In this document: piece by piece, positions 51,859-64,000 of the stretch
Layout: the number at the start of each line of letters is the position of its first letter
Position numbering within the stretch: the stretch's first letter is position 1
Assembly: GCF_006345805.1 (NCBI RefSeq)
Contig: NC_043000.1
Coordinates: 32,302,001 to 32,366,000 of the forward strand
DNA: 64,000 nt
Reading direction: 5' to 3'
Origin: Octopus sinensis
Lineage: Eukaryota
Translations under genes and position numbers: made by a program
The notes under the pieces: generated by a model
The model's input: the letters and a program-made list of their open reading frames with translations, nothing else
What the model was told of the DNA's origin: nothing
Database searches by the model: none

Positions 51859-52118
51859 CTTTTGAATAATATAATCGCAGCCGCTGGCCTTTAAAATATC
51901 ATATAATTGGTCTTTTAAATTACCAGATACACGACACTTCCAGTCTACCAGACACTTATCTAAATATTTTCGAAAATTATTTTTCCCACGATACTTTTCC
52001 TTATAGTCACCAATAACATGGGCAGGAAGGTTAAGATGAGAAACAACCGTGTCGCAATCACTTGGTGAATCTATTGAGTTTCGCACCACAATAATCCATA
52101 TGTCGTCTTCAAACAGAC
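51859..52118 (-). CDS. Internal exon encoding a death-domain-like fold (GLFEDDIWIIVVRNSIDSPSDCDTVVSHLNLPAHVIGDYKEKY...CLVDWKCRVSGNLKDQLYDILKASGCDYIIQK)
   Basis: ttttaattgtag acceptor and AAG|GTAAGA donor, open for 86 codons. The L-x-L-x4-I ... L-x-x-W ... L-x-x-x-L-x-x-x-G pattern is typical of death domains; recognised by eye, no HMM run. Confidence 0.72.
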
Positions 52119-52364
52119 CTACAATTAAAATAAGTAAACTACCTTCAGGTTATATTATTGTCACACTGACCATCGCATTATAAATGATTCATAAATAACA
52201 ATGGCACCACATACAAGGCCTCGTCACTGATTTAACATCTCCTCTCCAAGAGACACATCCCGACCTCTGACATACTGTCTCACCTATCTTTTCTATCACT
52301 ACCATAATGGTCCCTGCTTCTCAGAGCTGGTTTGTCTTGTACCTCCATCCTTATAAACCCTTCT

Positions 52365-53065
52365 CATCATCATCGATTCACGTCTGCTTTCCATGCTAGC
52401 ATGGGTTGGACGATTTTGACTGAGGGCTGGCGAACCAGATGGCTACACCAGGCTCCAATCTTGATTTGGCAGAGTTTCTACAGCTGGATGCCCTTCCTAA
52501 CGCCAACCACTCCGAGAGTGTAGTGGGTGCTTTTTATGTGCCACCGGCACGGGGGCCAGTCAGGCAGTACTGGCAATGACCTCGCTCGAATCCTTTTACA
52601 CATGCCACCAGCACAGGTGCCAGTAAGGCGACGTTGGTAACAATCACGCTTGAATGGTGCCCTTTTACATGCCACTGGCACGGAAGCCAGTTGGCTGCTC
52701 TGGCAACGATCACGCTCGGATAGTGCTCTTGGCACCCTGGCAACGCTGGTAACAATCACGCTTGAATGGTGCCCTTTAAGTGCCACTGGCACGGAAGCCA
52801 GATTAGCCGCTCTGTCAATGATCACACTCGTACGGTGCACTTGCACCCTGCTAGCACGGATGCCAGTCATCGAATTTGATTTTGCTTTTGATTGATTTCA
52901 CTTGCCTCAACAGGTCTTCGCAAGCAGAATTTTAGTGTCCAAAGAAGGAAAAAGTACACATAAGTGGGCTGGTTACGCCCCTGGCAATGGCCATAAGATT
53001 ATGTTTTCATTTGGCTTGCCGGGTCTTCTCACGCACAGCATATTTCCAAAGGTCTCGGTCACTTT
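52365..53065 (-). mobile_element. RTE 3'-UTR/tail fragment
   Basis: Starts catcatcatcgattcacgtctgctttccatgctagcatgggttgg. Similar tail copies lie near 3905-4247, 11653-11898, 14031-14308, 23505-23700, 29100-29400, 33700-33920, 44483-44780 and 63745-64000. Confidence 0.85.
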
Positions 53066-53734
53066 CATCAATTCTTTTTTCAGCATTCTGGATGCATCCA
53101 CCCACTCCTTTTCCCTACACTAACCACGGTGTCTCCTCAAACAAAGCATCACACTCTCCTTTTTACATCCACTTATCTCTACAGGTATGGGTTTGATGAG
53201 TTGTCATGGTTCGTGTCTGCTCTTATTCAGTGTTTCTATTCTCTCAAATAGGTTGGGGAGCACATCCCATTTGCACATTTTATTCTTGGCATGGTCTCCC
53301 TGTTTCAGTATCCTTTCTCTTGCCAACCACTTTACAGAATGTACTGGGTGTGTTTCATCACAGAACCAGCATCAATGAAGTTACCAGGCCCCTAGCAACA
53401 CTGCAGAGTCCTTTCCTTCCTACACTGCATCTGCTCATTCAGCTGCACCAGGCACTTGTCTTGAGCTTATGTCTCATTTACTTTTTTATCATAGTTAACA
53501 AAAAGACATGCAACTAATACACAACAAATTCAAAACCAACGGTAACATTGTCTGATCTACAAACAAACACACGACTTCTTCATGCATGGCCAACTATGCC
53601 TCGCATTTCATCAGTGGCCCTCGTTAAGTTGTCCCATAGAGACCTCCAATTATCTTCTATGTTATTATCTCCTTCCCCTTCTCACCAAATGCTTCACTTA
53701 GTATGTCTCTAAATCTCTGACTATTCCAAGGGTC

Positions 53735-54423
53735 TGTAGGAAGTGAGGTTGGCACTGGATGAGTGACTCCACAACCCTGGTTATGAGCATGTGGTATCAG
53801 TGTTGGTCTGTCTTTTTCTGTCCACATTGTTCCGGCTTGATGTCAGTTGAAGAAATAGCACAAGCACAGACAGACGTTAGTGAATAAGCTCCGTTTTACC
53901 TTTCACCATTGTGAAAACAGGCGCTAGTCAGAGTCTTGGCTGCTAATGTCCTTCGTCGGGGTCACCAATAGTAGGAAGTGAGGTTGGCACTGGATGGGTG
54001 CCTCACAATTCCTTACATAGTCATGGAAAGGAAAATAGCAGGAACAACAATCTCCAAACAAATAACAATAATAATTTATTTTGCCTGAATAAAACATTTC
54101 ATCTCTGGACATTGGTACCCTGGACGCCTTGGTATGCAAGAAGCAGCAAGGTTGGTAGTTAGACACAAAAATACAAAGGCATTTTTACAGACTTGCAACG
54201 TCGCTTGCCATCAGAATTCCAGCCCCATGGAGCTGGTCTAAGTTGCGTCCTGTCAGGTCAGAAGCCGGGGCTGAAGAGAGAGAGAATGGTGGTCAAGTCT
54301 AGCTGCTGCTGATGACTGTGCATGCGCATAAGGGGCTTCCAGCAGGCCTTCCACATGGCTCTAATCCCTGTGCATGCATGGATGAAAATCCCAAAATGGT
54401 GTTTGGAACCAGGTGTCACTAGA
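53735..54423 (-). mobile_element. Internally deleted LTR retroelement (5' LTR ~53970-54423, tRNA-Trp PBS 53954-53967, 3' LTR end 53735-53775) nested in an RTE remnant
   Basis: GGTC TSD at 53731-34 and 54424-27. GTAGGAAGTGAGGTTGGCACTGGAT is repeated. Minus-strand TGGTGACCCCGACG follows the LTR. RTE sequence resumes on both sides. Confidence 0.75.
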
Positions 54424-55149
54424 GGTCCTTAGGTTTCCAGATTTTTCTTTTCCAGACTGGTTTGCATCTTGGCTTCTTTCTAGCCCAAAGTCTGAAGTCA
54501 CTAATGACTAGCCTATGTTGAGTAGTGCATTCTTCTCTGGGGAAGGACTTTGCATTTATAAGTAACTACTTCTCTTGTGAGAATGAAGTCAATCTGACCT
54601 CTATGGTCACCAGATTTATAAGTGAAAGTTGTGCAGGGTCTTTTACAGCTGTTTCAAGAACAGCCGTACATATGGGGCATGACATGCAAAAGAAGCAGTA
54701 GCTATCCATATATCAGCAATCTGTTCCATCATTAAGGGAAAATGAGATAGAACTTTAGTAGAAAATGTTGGTTCACTACTATTGTGCATCCATAACAGTA
54801 GTAACAAGGCAATCCTCGTGTTTAAAGATTTAAATGTTATAGTCTAATCTGACACCAGTTGTTTTGCATGGTTATACTTTGTGTGGGCTACATTGTTTGA
54901 ATGCCTGACACAAGACTCTCCGAGAGACTGTTTTACAGCAAAATGGTGGAAGGCAAGCGCATGCAAAGTGGACGGAAAATGCGCTTCAAGGACAAACCCA
55001 AAGCCTCACCAAAGAGCTTTGAGATCAACCACAACACCTGGGAAACTTAAGCACAAGACCACCCATCCTGGCGGCACTGCACCAACAGAGTTGGCACCTC
55101 CTACAAACAGAACGGGATTGCAGGGGCAGAAATGGAATGCGAACTGCAC

Positions 55150-55585
55150 GAGTCCAGAGCAGTTTGTGATTTTTGTTATGCACAGGAAATTGGAATAAAG
55201 TGCCAACAGGAAATCTTGTGCTAAACTTGGTAAGAATGCTACAAAGATGGGTTGATGTAATGCTTCAAGTGGCATGGTCACTTCAAAAGTGAAAGAACAT
55301 ACCTGAAAGACAATGAGCGATCTGATTGACCTGCTATGAAAATTACCCTTGGAAGTGGGGAGAAAATTCATCAGCTTGTGCAGGAAGATCGTTGGAAGAC
55401 AACAACATTGCTGATGTTGTTGGTCTGTCATACAGGTTTGTTCAGGCAATCCATACATCAACAAAGAACTGGATCCTTCACAATGACAATGCACCCTGTC
55501 ACCAAGGTCTCTTCACTCGGGGTTTTCTTAACAAAACCAACATGGCATCACTTAAACACCTGCCCTGTTTGCCAGATTTAGCACC
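55150..55585 (+). mobile_element. Mariner remnant
   Basis: WILHNDNAPCH and HLPCLPDLAP motifs. Confidence 0.8.
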
Positions 55586-55719
55586 TATTTCTTTACTACC
55601 CACAAGGGGCTAAACACAGAGGGGACAAACAAGGACAGACAAACGGATTAAGTCGATTACATCGACCCCAGTGCGTAACTGGTACTTAATTTATTGACCC
55701 CGAAAGGATGAAAAGCAAA

Positions 55720-55893
55720 CAACAACTTTCGGCGGTGTATTTTTCGTTTGTCACTTGTTATTTGTGACATTGTTTGTGCGTTTACACTGGTTTTAAGGTT
55801 TTAGGGTTAGGTTGTTAGGATTAGTGTTTTAGGGTTAGGGTTGTCATAAATAACAGTGACAAATGAAATATACACCGCTGAAAGTTCTGGTTG
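55720..55893. repeat. ~50-bp inverted arms enclosing degenerate (TTAGGG)n
   Basis: AACTTTCGGCGGTGTAT...TTTGTCAC versus GTGACAAA...ATACACCGCTGAAAGTT; the loop holds ttagggttagg...ttagggttaggg. Confidence 0.8.
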
Positions 55894-56169
55894 ACAAACA
55901 ACAGCAGTAATTTTATTCAGTTGAATACACATTATTGATTGGTTGAAATTACCGAAATATGACTATTTTAACGTGAAATAACTTCGTAAATATAAATTTT
56001 TCTCAAAAATGCTAAGAGTAAAAGATGTTTTTTTTGACACATTGTATAAGTGTCCCAAGTTTGAAAGTGTTTAGTTACAAAAAATTATTTTTTAAATCTG
56101 TCAGTCAAAAGGTAATGATCCCAAGATTATTGGTATAATTTGCAATAATTCAGTGAAAAGGAATACATT

Positions 56170-56444
56170 TGGCATTCTTTCGATATAACTCGACAAAATT
56201 AAAACATTTCACTTTGGGTATTTCCGTGGAAGCAAATGACAGTTCGATTCTATTTCCTGCTTGGAAATTTGCGGATTTTACATACACACATGAAACAGGT
56301 AAGAACAAATATGCAAGGCTTTTTTTCTTCAAGTTTAAAACGAGACATTGCTGACATAATTTCGTTATATCTATACTCCGCAACCCACGGAAATACCCCA
56401 AGTGAAATGTTTTGATCTGGTCAAGTTATATCGAAGGAATGCCA
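56170..56444. repeat. ~60-bp inverted repeat (56170-56229 / 56385-56444), MITE-like
   Basis: TGGCATTCTTTCGATATAACT...GGTATTTCCGTGG versus CCACGGAAATACC...AGTTATATCGAAGGAATGCCA. Confidence 0.8.
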
Positions 56445-59400
56445 TATATTTTACAAAAGAAAAACAAGCATCGGAATCTACATCATTTGAAGCATATTTT
56501 TTTTTTAAATTTCAATCAAAACTAGCTATTTTTCAGGAAATTATGAGCAAACAAGGCCGCCTCGTGCAAATTATCCGCACTCACTGAAAAACTTTGTAGA
56601 ATGACCGTGCGAAAAGGAGAATGACTCCTTTAAACACCGCACGGTCGCCTTACAATAAAAGCCAAAATATGGATAAATGAGTATAAGTGCCATTGAGATG
56701 AAGGCGACAGAGATAGTGGCGTCATTAAGATGAAGACGGTGGTGGAGGTCCTGAAATGCTGTTGGTGTAGTCTGTCGCTGAAACTGGCTGTGTCACTCTG
56801 TAGTCAGTGGTCTAAGACAAAAACGCACGATTCGATGAATCACTGTGTTTTATAACAATCTAGTAGGCTCCAGAAGGGAATTTAGAAGACTTGTGTCACG
56901 GGACCTTATCAGAAGGTTGCGATTCGTTGGGTCGCACATTGGTGCGAAATAAAGCGAGACAAACTGCACCAAAACCAACCAATCAGAGTAGTGGACACAA
57001 CTGGGCCCAAGCGGCGGAAGATTAACTGTTATCTGCTACGTCCGTATTTGTGTTATGTCAGAGAGAGAGAGAGAGGGGGGATTAATTTCACTAAAGGTCC
57101 GCTACAACTTTTTCACAACAAATTCCAATTTTATCAAAATCTGAAGCACATCTATAGAAAATTTTATCTAAAAATATCCATTTTCTGAAAGTTGTGAGGA
57201 AACAAATTCGACGCACTTGTACAGGTACGCTAAAACAAAACTTTTAACCAGCCACAGATTGAAAAGCTAAAAGTTTAAAGATCGTCGTAAGGAACTGTTA
57301 AAGAGACAAATTATCAGTATATAAAAAGAGAAGTATGTTTCTAAGAGTTTGGGAGAAATGACAGGACTGCTGGATGAAAATGACTTACTTGTAAGTGTAA
57401 AAGATTCAAATCTAACCCGGAAGCGAAACTTGGCTGTTAAATCGAGGGGCCTACTTTCTATCGTTTCATTACAAAAAATTTTTTTCGTTTTTTTTTTTTT
57501 TTTAAAAATAAATACTAACGTGACATTTCTGGGGTTTCTTCACAACTTCGATATCGGAAAAGTTGATGTAGATAAAATGAAAGAAAAAGTTAAACGAGAG
57601 GGAGGGACAGAGAGAGTGAGACATAGGTGTAGGAGGGAGAAAGAGTGAGAAAGTGAGGGAGAAAAGCAGAGAGAAAGGAAATAGAGACTAGTGGGGAGGA
57701 GGGAGGAGAAGGCAGGAGTGATTGGAGTAAGGAAAGAGAAGGGAGATAACTATGGAAGGTAAAATACTGAATGAAAAATATTAGAATGAAACTGCGAAAC
57801 AAGGGAAAAGTGTGGTGGATATGGATAAGGAAAACAAAATAACGAGAAAGAAGAAATAGTGAGAAAAAAATTTTTAAATTCCATTTATTAATAAGAATGG
57901 CTTTGTTTATTGGAAATTGAAGAGGTAATCACGTGACTATTGGAAGTGGCGAATCTGTCTGTCTGTCTGTTTGGCTCCTGTTGCTTTGTATTGCGACCAA
58001 ACACATGGCAATTGATGGGGATTGTTCACCAATTTTACTCTGATATTAGTTTAAACGACGGAGAAAACGAAATAAGACAGAAACGCACTTGGAAAACCTT
58101 TAATCTCCGCTAATTATTTCTTCACAGACGTGTGTTTGGAGCAACAGGGAATGCTACTGGCTTACAACACCACACATTAATTTATATACTTATATTATAT
58201 ACGTCTCTGTATTATATATGAAAAAAGAAAGACATCCAAGATCTTTATTGCTTTTCTGTGAAAGAAAATTTATGATAGCCAACTATATGACTACATTTTA
58301 GACATTCCCAAGAAACCTAAGGAAATCTCTTTACAATGATTTATCAAGCACAGGACCAATCTTTCATTCAAGTTCATTGCTGTGGTCGTCTATTGATGAG
58401 GGTCAAGTGAGTTACAGCTTGTTTTTTTTTTCCTAATTGTTATTGAATATTTAAGACAGTTATACAGCAAGGAAACCTATTTATTTCAGATCTACAAAAC
58501 ATTATGGCACTCCATTTGGGGGATGGGGTGCCCTACCAAAAGTCCATTCGCATCTAGAATGTCTTATAGGATTACGAAATCGATCGCACGACTTCTACTT
58601 TATTTCATCGACTCTACCACTGGAAAAATAAAAGGACAAGTCTACCTCGGCGATATTTGCACTCAAAACGCAAAAAGACTATAACCAAACACCTCTGGCA
58701 TTTTGTCCGATTGTCCGATGCTCTACCGATCGGAAGATCGATTTAAAGAGTTGAAATCAGATGTTTTCATACCAGAAGCTCTACTTTTATTATCTCATTA
58801 TTACTTTCCGAGTCTTTACATTCTGAGTTCAAATGTCACCAAGATCGACTTTTGTCTTTTCGGGGTCATTAAATTACGAGTACTGGAGTCGATGTGATTG
58901 ATTTACCTCTCCTCCAAAATTACTGGCCTTGTGTATGGAATGATCAGTTGCTCACGGCATTTACAACACACCCTATGCCGATGGGATCAATGCCAGTTCT
59001 CCCTCAAACCACATCCCACTATCCTAAATACAGAATACACAATCCATATTCTAAAAGATGTGCTGCTCATACCTGTGTATGCGCGATGTGCACTTCGGGT
59101 TAAGCAACAACCACAATTACCTAATTACCATCTACTGGAAAGGAAAAGATTTCATTTATTTATTGTGGGATTTTCTAACTAACCTGACCTGCTGTACTGT
59201 ATTATCGATTACTTTAAATATCAGCGAAGTACTGAAGTCGATGCAATTAACTGTAGTAGCCCCATCTCTTCCTAAATTAAATTTCTGGTTTTGTACCTAT
59301 CTTTGAAATTATTATAAACATTTCTGAAGTTGAAAATAGTTTAAGAGCATTTATGAGATTTCTAACGTATTTGATGTGTTGCAATTAAAGAAATAATTAT

Positions 59401-59936
59401 TTCATTTTAATCATTGATAAGACATCTCTCCTCTTAAATATTGCTTTCATTATATATTTTAGCTGTACGTACAATGTAGCAGAGAGGAGTTCCTTTCACA
59501 TTTATGATGCTTTGTAGCAATTATTAATTTGTCCTCATCTCGCTTTTGTTATGCAACTTGAACCACGCCGACCGATGTCTCGTTTTTATTTGTTTTAGTC
59601 ATTAGACCAGCCATGCTGGGAGACCGTTTCGAAGAATTCCTAGGTCGAATGAATCAACTCCAGTATTTATAGTTTTAACGTCTAGTACTTATCGTATCGG
59701 AACCTTTTGCTGAACCGCTAAGTTACGGGGACGTAAACACACCAAAGCCTATTGTCAAGCGGTGGTAGTGGAGAGACAAAGACACACTCACAGATATATA
59801 TATATATGTGTGTGTGTGTGTGTATATATATATATCCATGTCCTTTACCTCCACGATATATATCTGTGAGTCGTCCATGGATGGAGCCTTTTGTGAATGC
59901 GAAACCATTGGTCACTCTATGTTCGTACATATACTT

Positions 59937-59992
<56 letters not shown>

Positions 59993-60084
59993 CCTGCGGG
60001 GTGGCGTCATTTGAAGGCTAAAACAATGCGAAGCGCATTGTCACCAGCGATGTGTAGCAACATCTCTTGGCCTGGTCGGTCACG

Positions 60085-60125
<41 letters not shown>

Positions 60126-62158
60126 TAGGCGGAAGTAAAGAATACGCACACCACCCGTTTTTATTGTTTTAGAAACATCACAGGCTTGTTTACATTATTG
60201 TTGTTGACGATGATGAAGTGAATGTTCCAACATTCATCTCTCTCTCTCTCTCTCTCTCTGAAGCTACATGTTTTTAGAATACTAAATGAGGAATTTATGT
60301 ATAATGAAGGTGTATATATAATAATTCCGTAGCTAACTTTCTTATCTATATAATTCATAGCTCAGCCTCCCTGTTCGTTTTTTATTTATTCATTTGTTAT
60401 GCCCAAAGGGGCAAGAGATCGACCCCAATGTCCAGTCGTTCACCCAAACGTGGAATCTCCACTAACCGGATACCTGTCTAAATTACTTCTCAGACTATAC
60501 ATACCTGACGCTAATCCACACATTTGCACACGTTGTGCGGCCCCACCCCGCATCTCATTCATTGATCATCATTATTATTATTATTATATACATTGGCACA
60601 CATTTCCTTGCTTTATTCATTTCTTTCAAATCGATTTCTCTTCTGTTCACCGTGTAAGTTCAGTCTATACAGCCGTGCCAGTCATTCCGACTACACGTAT
60701 CAATAAGGCCCACCACCTTTTTAACATGTAAGTAAACCATTGACAGCTTGTATAAAACATTTTGTTGTATAAAGTGTCTCATAAAGCCATTGCTCACTTC
60801 TCTTGCCAGGCGGCCACCTCACTGCTATTAACTAAAGTAAATTAGTCATCAAACCAATGTGTGAGTAATATATGATGACTGTTTAATAGTAATAGTTTTA
60901 CTGACGTCGTGGTGGTGGCGGCGGTTTGCCCGTCTATGAATTAGTTGTAGATTCCAATGAATAACGAAAAATTTTCTTTTATTCAACATAATAATATCGT
61001 AATTTTAATCTTTCTCACAATTTTCACATCATCTAATCATCTCTTTATTTGGTTTAACTTAAACAAGCCGGAATACTTTTCTGTATTTTTAAAAAATTCT
61101 TTTGAATCTAAAACAGAACATGCCAGTGAGTTCTTGACAAACCGATTCAAAGATATAGGTATGATTCTTCTGTTAGAACCAGGGCTTTATAGACGTAGTA
61201 GTCGTCTTTTGGGAAAGGCATACCGTTACAACCGCCAACGTTTCCCCTAACTTTATAAATCTGGGTCCTTTTTCATGCCCATGTAAAGCAATTTCTTCAC
61301 TATTTCTATATCTCCCTCGTTATTCCGCTGCCAGTCACTGCCTCTTCCCCTCCCCAGCCAGCCATATTACTAAGTGCTTGGAGGTGGAAGAAAAAAGACG
61401 AGCTCTAAAATCGTTTCTTGATGCCTAATGACATTTTAATATACTTCCCTGCAATGGGTGGTGGTGGTGGTGGTTAAACACCCAAACTAAACGGTGTTGG
61501 CAGCGGCAATTAGTCTGCAACTGTTGGTATTTTAAGCGATTTGGGATTATTTCATTATTCCTCGTAGCTTCTCCCTTTTCCCTCATTCTGTCAATTATCA
61601 CACTGTAATCCTCAGGTTTAAATAATCCCTTCGAATAGAAATTCCCAATCGTCTTTACGCCATGTGTGGAGGATTATTAAATAATAATGTCTTGCATGGG
61701 AAACAAAGTTAGACATTTGAGGGGAGGGGCTTGTTGATTAAAGCGACGCCGGTAGGTCATTAAAACTTTATTTTATCGACCCTGGATAGATGAAAGACAA
61801 AGTGGACTTCAACGGAATTTGAAATCAGAATGGAGCCGGAACAAGTACCAAAGTTTATACAAGAATGAAATCGGAGGGTTGTGTTCCTATATTTCCCGAT
61901 GATTGTTATAGAAAGATGAAACGACATTATCTCTTCCTCGTTTCAGTCATTGGACAGCAACCATACTGGGCCTTGAAGGGTTTAGTTGAACAAATAGAGC
62001 ACAGGACTGTTTTTTTTTTTTATTATTTCTATGCCTGGTACTTCTATCGGTCTCTGAGGTCAAACCATAAACAAACCAACACCGATTGTCAAACTGGTGG
62101 TGGTGGAGACAAACACACACACAATAAAAACATATATTTCTCTCCTTGTTTTTTCTGT

Positions 62159-62200
62159 GTCCCTTTCTGTAGAAGAGTGTAGGCTCGAAACGTAAAAGAC
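62159..62200 (+). ncRNA. Minimal hammerhead-like motif (A6U core variant) in a Penelope-like repeat end (~62130-62295)
   Basis: CUUU-CUGUAGA-A-GAGU(GUAG)GCUC-GAAA-C-GUA-AAAG. Confidence 0.55.
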
Positions 62201-62291
62201 TTTTTCTATTCCTGAGCGTTATACTAATACATCTGTTTGTTTTCTACACCACCTGTCTTCGTCTTTTGTTGTTGCTTTTTTCGTAAACTCT

Positions 62292-62369
<78 letters not shown>

Positions 62370-64000
62370 GATGGTTTTCTTTCAGTTTCTTTCCAAATTT
62401 ACCGGTAAGTTTACATCTCAGGCACGACGTGTCAGTAATTACTCAGGGTAGGCAGTTGGTGACTTTTATGTAGTAAAACACACAAAAAATAAGCAAAATA
62501 GGTGCACGACTGAGTTGAAGGCAGATTTACTTCTGCCTTTGCAGCGCATAAAGAAAACGGTGTTATAGGAATGTGCGCAGCATGTGTACTTCAGCACTAC
62601 TGTGCTTAGCTTAAATACTGAGATTGAAAGGCAGGAGTGAATCATGCCTACCTAATGTACAAAAAAAAAATTATATATTTTGCATTTTATGCATAGTAAT
62701 CTGACTAACCTTCATAATTTTATTGAATTAGGGGCATATTTTGCCATAAAAGGAAAATGTTGCTATCAGTCGATTTTATTCACGGTTGGCATTGCCTACC
62801 CAGGCAGCATATCCCTGTTACACCTCTACAAACATCTTCATGTTACTTTTATACCATTGATGAACCTCTTAGCTGATGTTGGTATTTAGTTCTGATCAAG
62901 CAAACTTGTAATCAAAGGCAATCCTGCCAGGACCATCCTGTTGGAGCTGTCATCATGACATATGTTATGTCTTGGGCAGTTTTCAACCTGACAGCCCCAC
63001 TTTTTTTAGCTTTGACAATTTCTTTTTAAGAATATTTCTTCTTTCAATAGGCACAGCTAGAGATGTGTGGTTGAGAAGCTTTGTTCTGAGTTACGAGTTC
63101 AGTCCTACTGTATGGCAACTGTCTTTACTGCAGCCCCCCAGCCAACCAAAGCATTGTGAGTGGGATTTGGTAGACAGAAATTGAAAGAATGTATGTGTAT
63201 CTAACAGAATAGGCAATGTTTTGATATTAATTTACCATTACACATTTTCCTAATAAGGAATTACAAAGTTGTTCATGTTAGACAAGCATTTAAGGAATTT
63301 CCTTTTAGAAAGAGAAATTAAATAATAGAAATTTTATGTTTGTATGAATCCAAACCTAAAATTTCTTTTATTTAATTTCTCTGTCTAAAAGGATTTTTAA
63401 TAGTGAATTCCTTACATGTCTGTCTAACATGGACAACTCTGTAATTCCTATTTGCAAATGAAACACGTGTAATGGTGAGAAAATAGTACCAAAAAATGTC
63501 CACTTTCCTGTGTTGTCATACAATAACACTGCAAATAATATTTTCAGAATTCTCAATTTTAATATGCATTTCAAAGTAACATACAGCAGCATATGAGACT
63601 ACAACCCCTGCGAGCACAGAAAACGGACGTTAAACGATGATGATGATGATGATACTGGATTCTAATAATAGAATGATTAGATGTGCTTCAAGAGGAAACA
63701 GTTGGGATTTGCCGTAACTACATACGTATTAAATAATACATATGTCGTCATCGTTTAACGTCCGCTAGCATGGGTTGGACGATTTTGACTGAGGGCTGGT
63801 GATCCAGATGGCTGCACCAGGCTCCAATCTTGATCTGGTATCTGAATGCCCTTCCTAATACCAATCACTCCGAGAGTGTAGTGAGTGCTTTTATGTGCCA
63901 CTGGCACAGGGCCAGTCAGGCAGCACTGGCAACGACCTCACTCGTATCTTCTTACACATGCCACCGGCACGGGTGCCAGTAAGGCGATGCTGGTAACGAT

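Noticed and set aside
56654-56750. Phase-1 minus-strand exon candidate (MALILIYPYFGFY) for the death-domain gene
   Set aside because: Weak exon-side donor context (ATT|GT) within TE-like sequence; cannot be supported without RNA data.

Overview
Eukaryotic, AT-rich, repeat-dense animal DNA. The repeat landscape (RTE LINEs with (GAT)n tails, tRNA-derived SINEs, Helitrons, Tc1/mariner) resembles an octopus/cephalopod genome; that is inference. Three host genes are supported. (1) The first 11 coding exons of SNX14 lie on the minus strand (33065 down to 3752, continuing past the window start); all are GT-AG and phase-consistent. (2) A divergent, intact, intronless NDUFAF5 ORF (38866-39891, +). (3) A minus-strand gene with a death-domain-like exon (51859-52118) and a probable last exon (45265-45306). 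The rest is mostly transposon-derived: several RTE LINEs (one young copy with a PHD-like finger inside ORF2), a Chapaev3-like element, mariner and DD37D-like elements, Helitrons, piggyBac-like MITEs, an R4/Dong-like LINE end, a small LTR element with a tRNA-Trp primer site, and SINEs. Best leads: four hammerhead-ribozyme-like motifs, two of them in a tRNA-headed Penelope-like element; a possible LTR-derived first exon in frame with the death-domain exon; and two long inverted repeats just upstream of NDUFAF5. Most small ORFs in the track are spurious or TE antisense frames. No entirely new system can be proven from sequence alone. All coordinates were read by eye, and TE boundaries are approximate.
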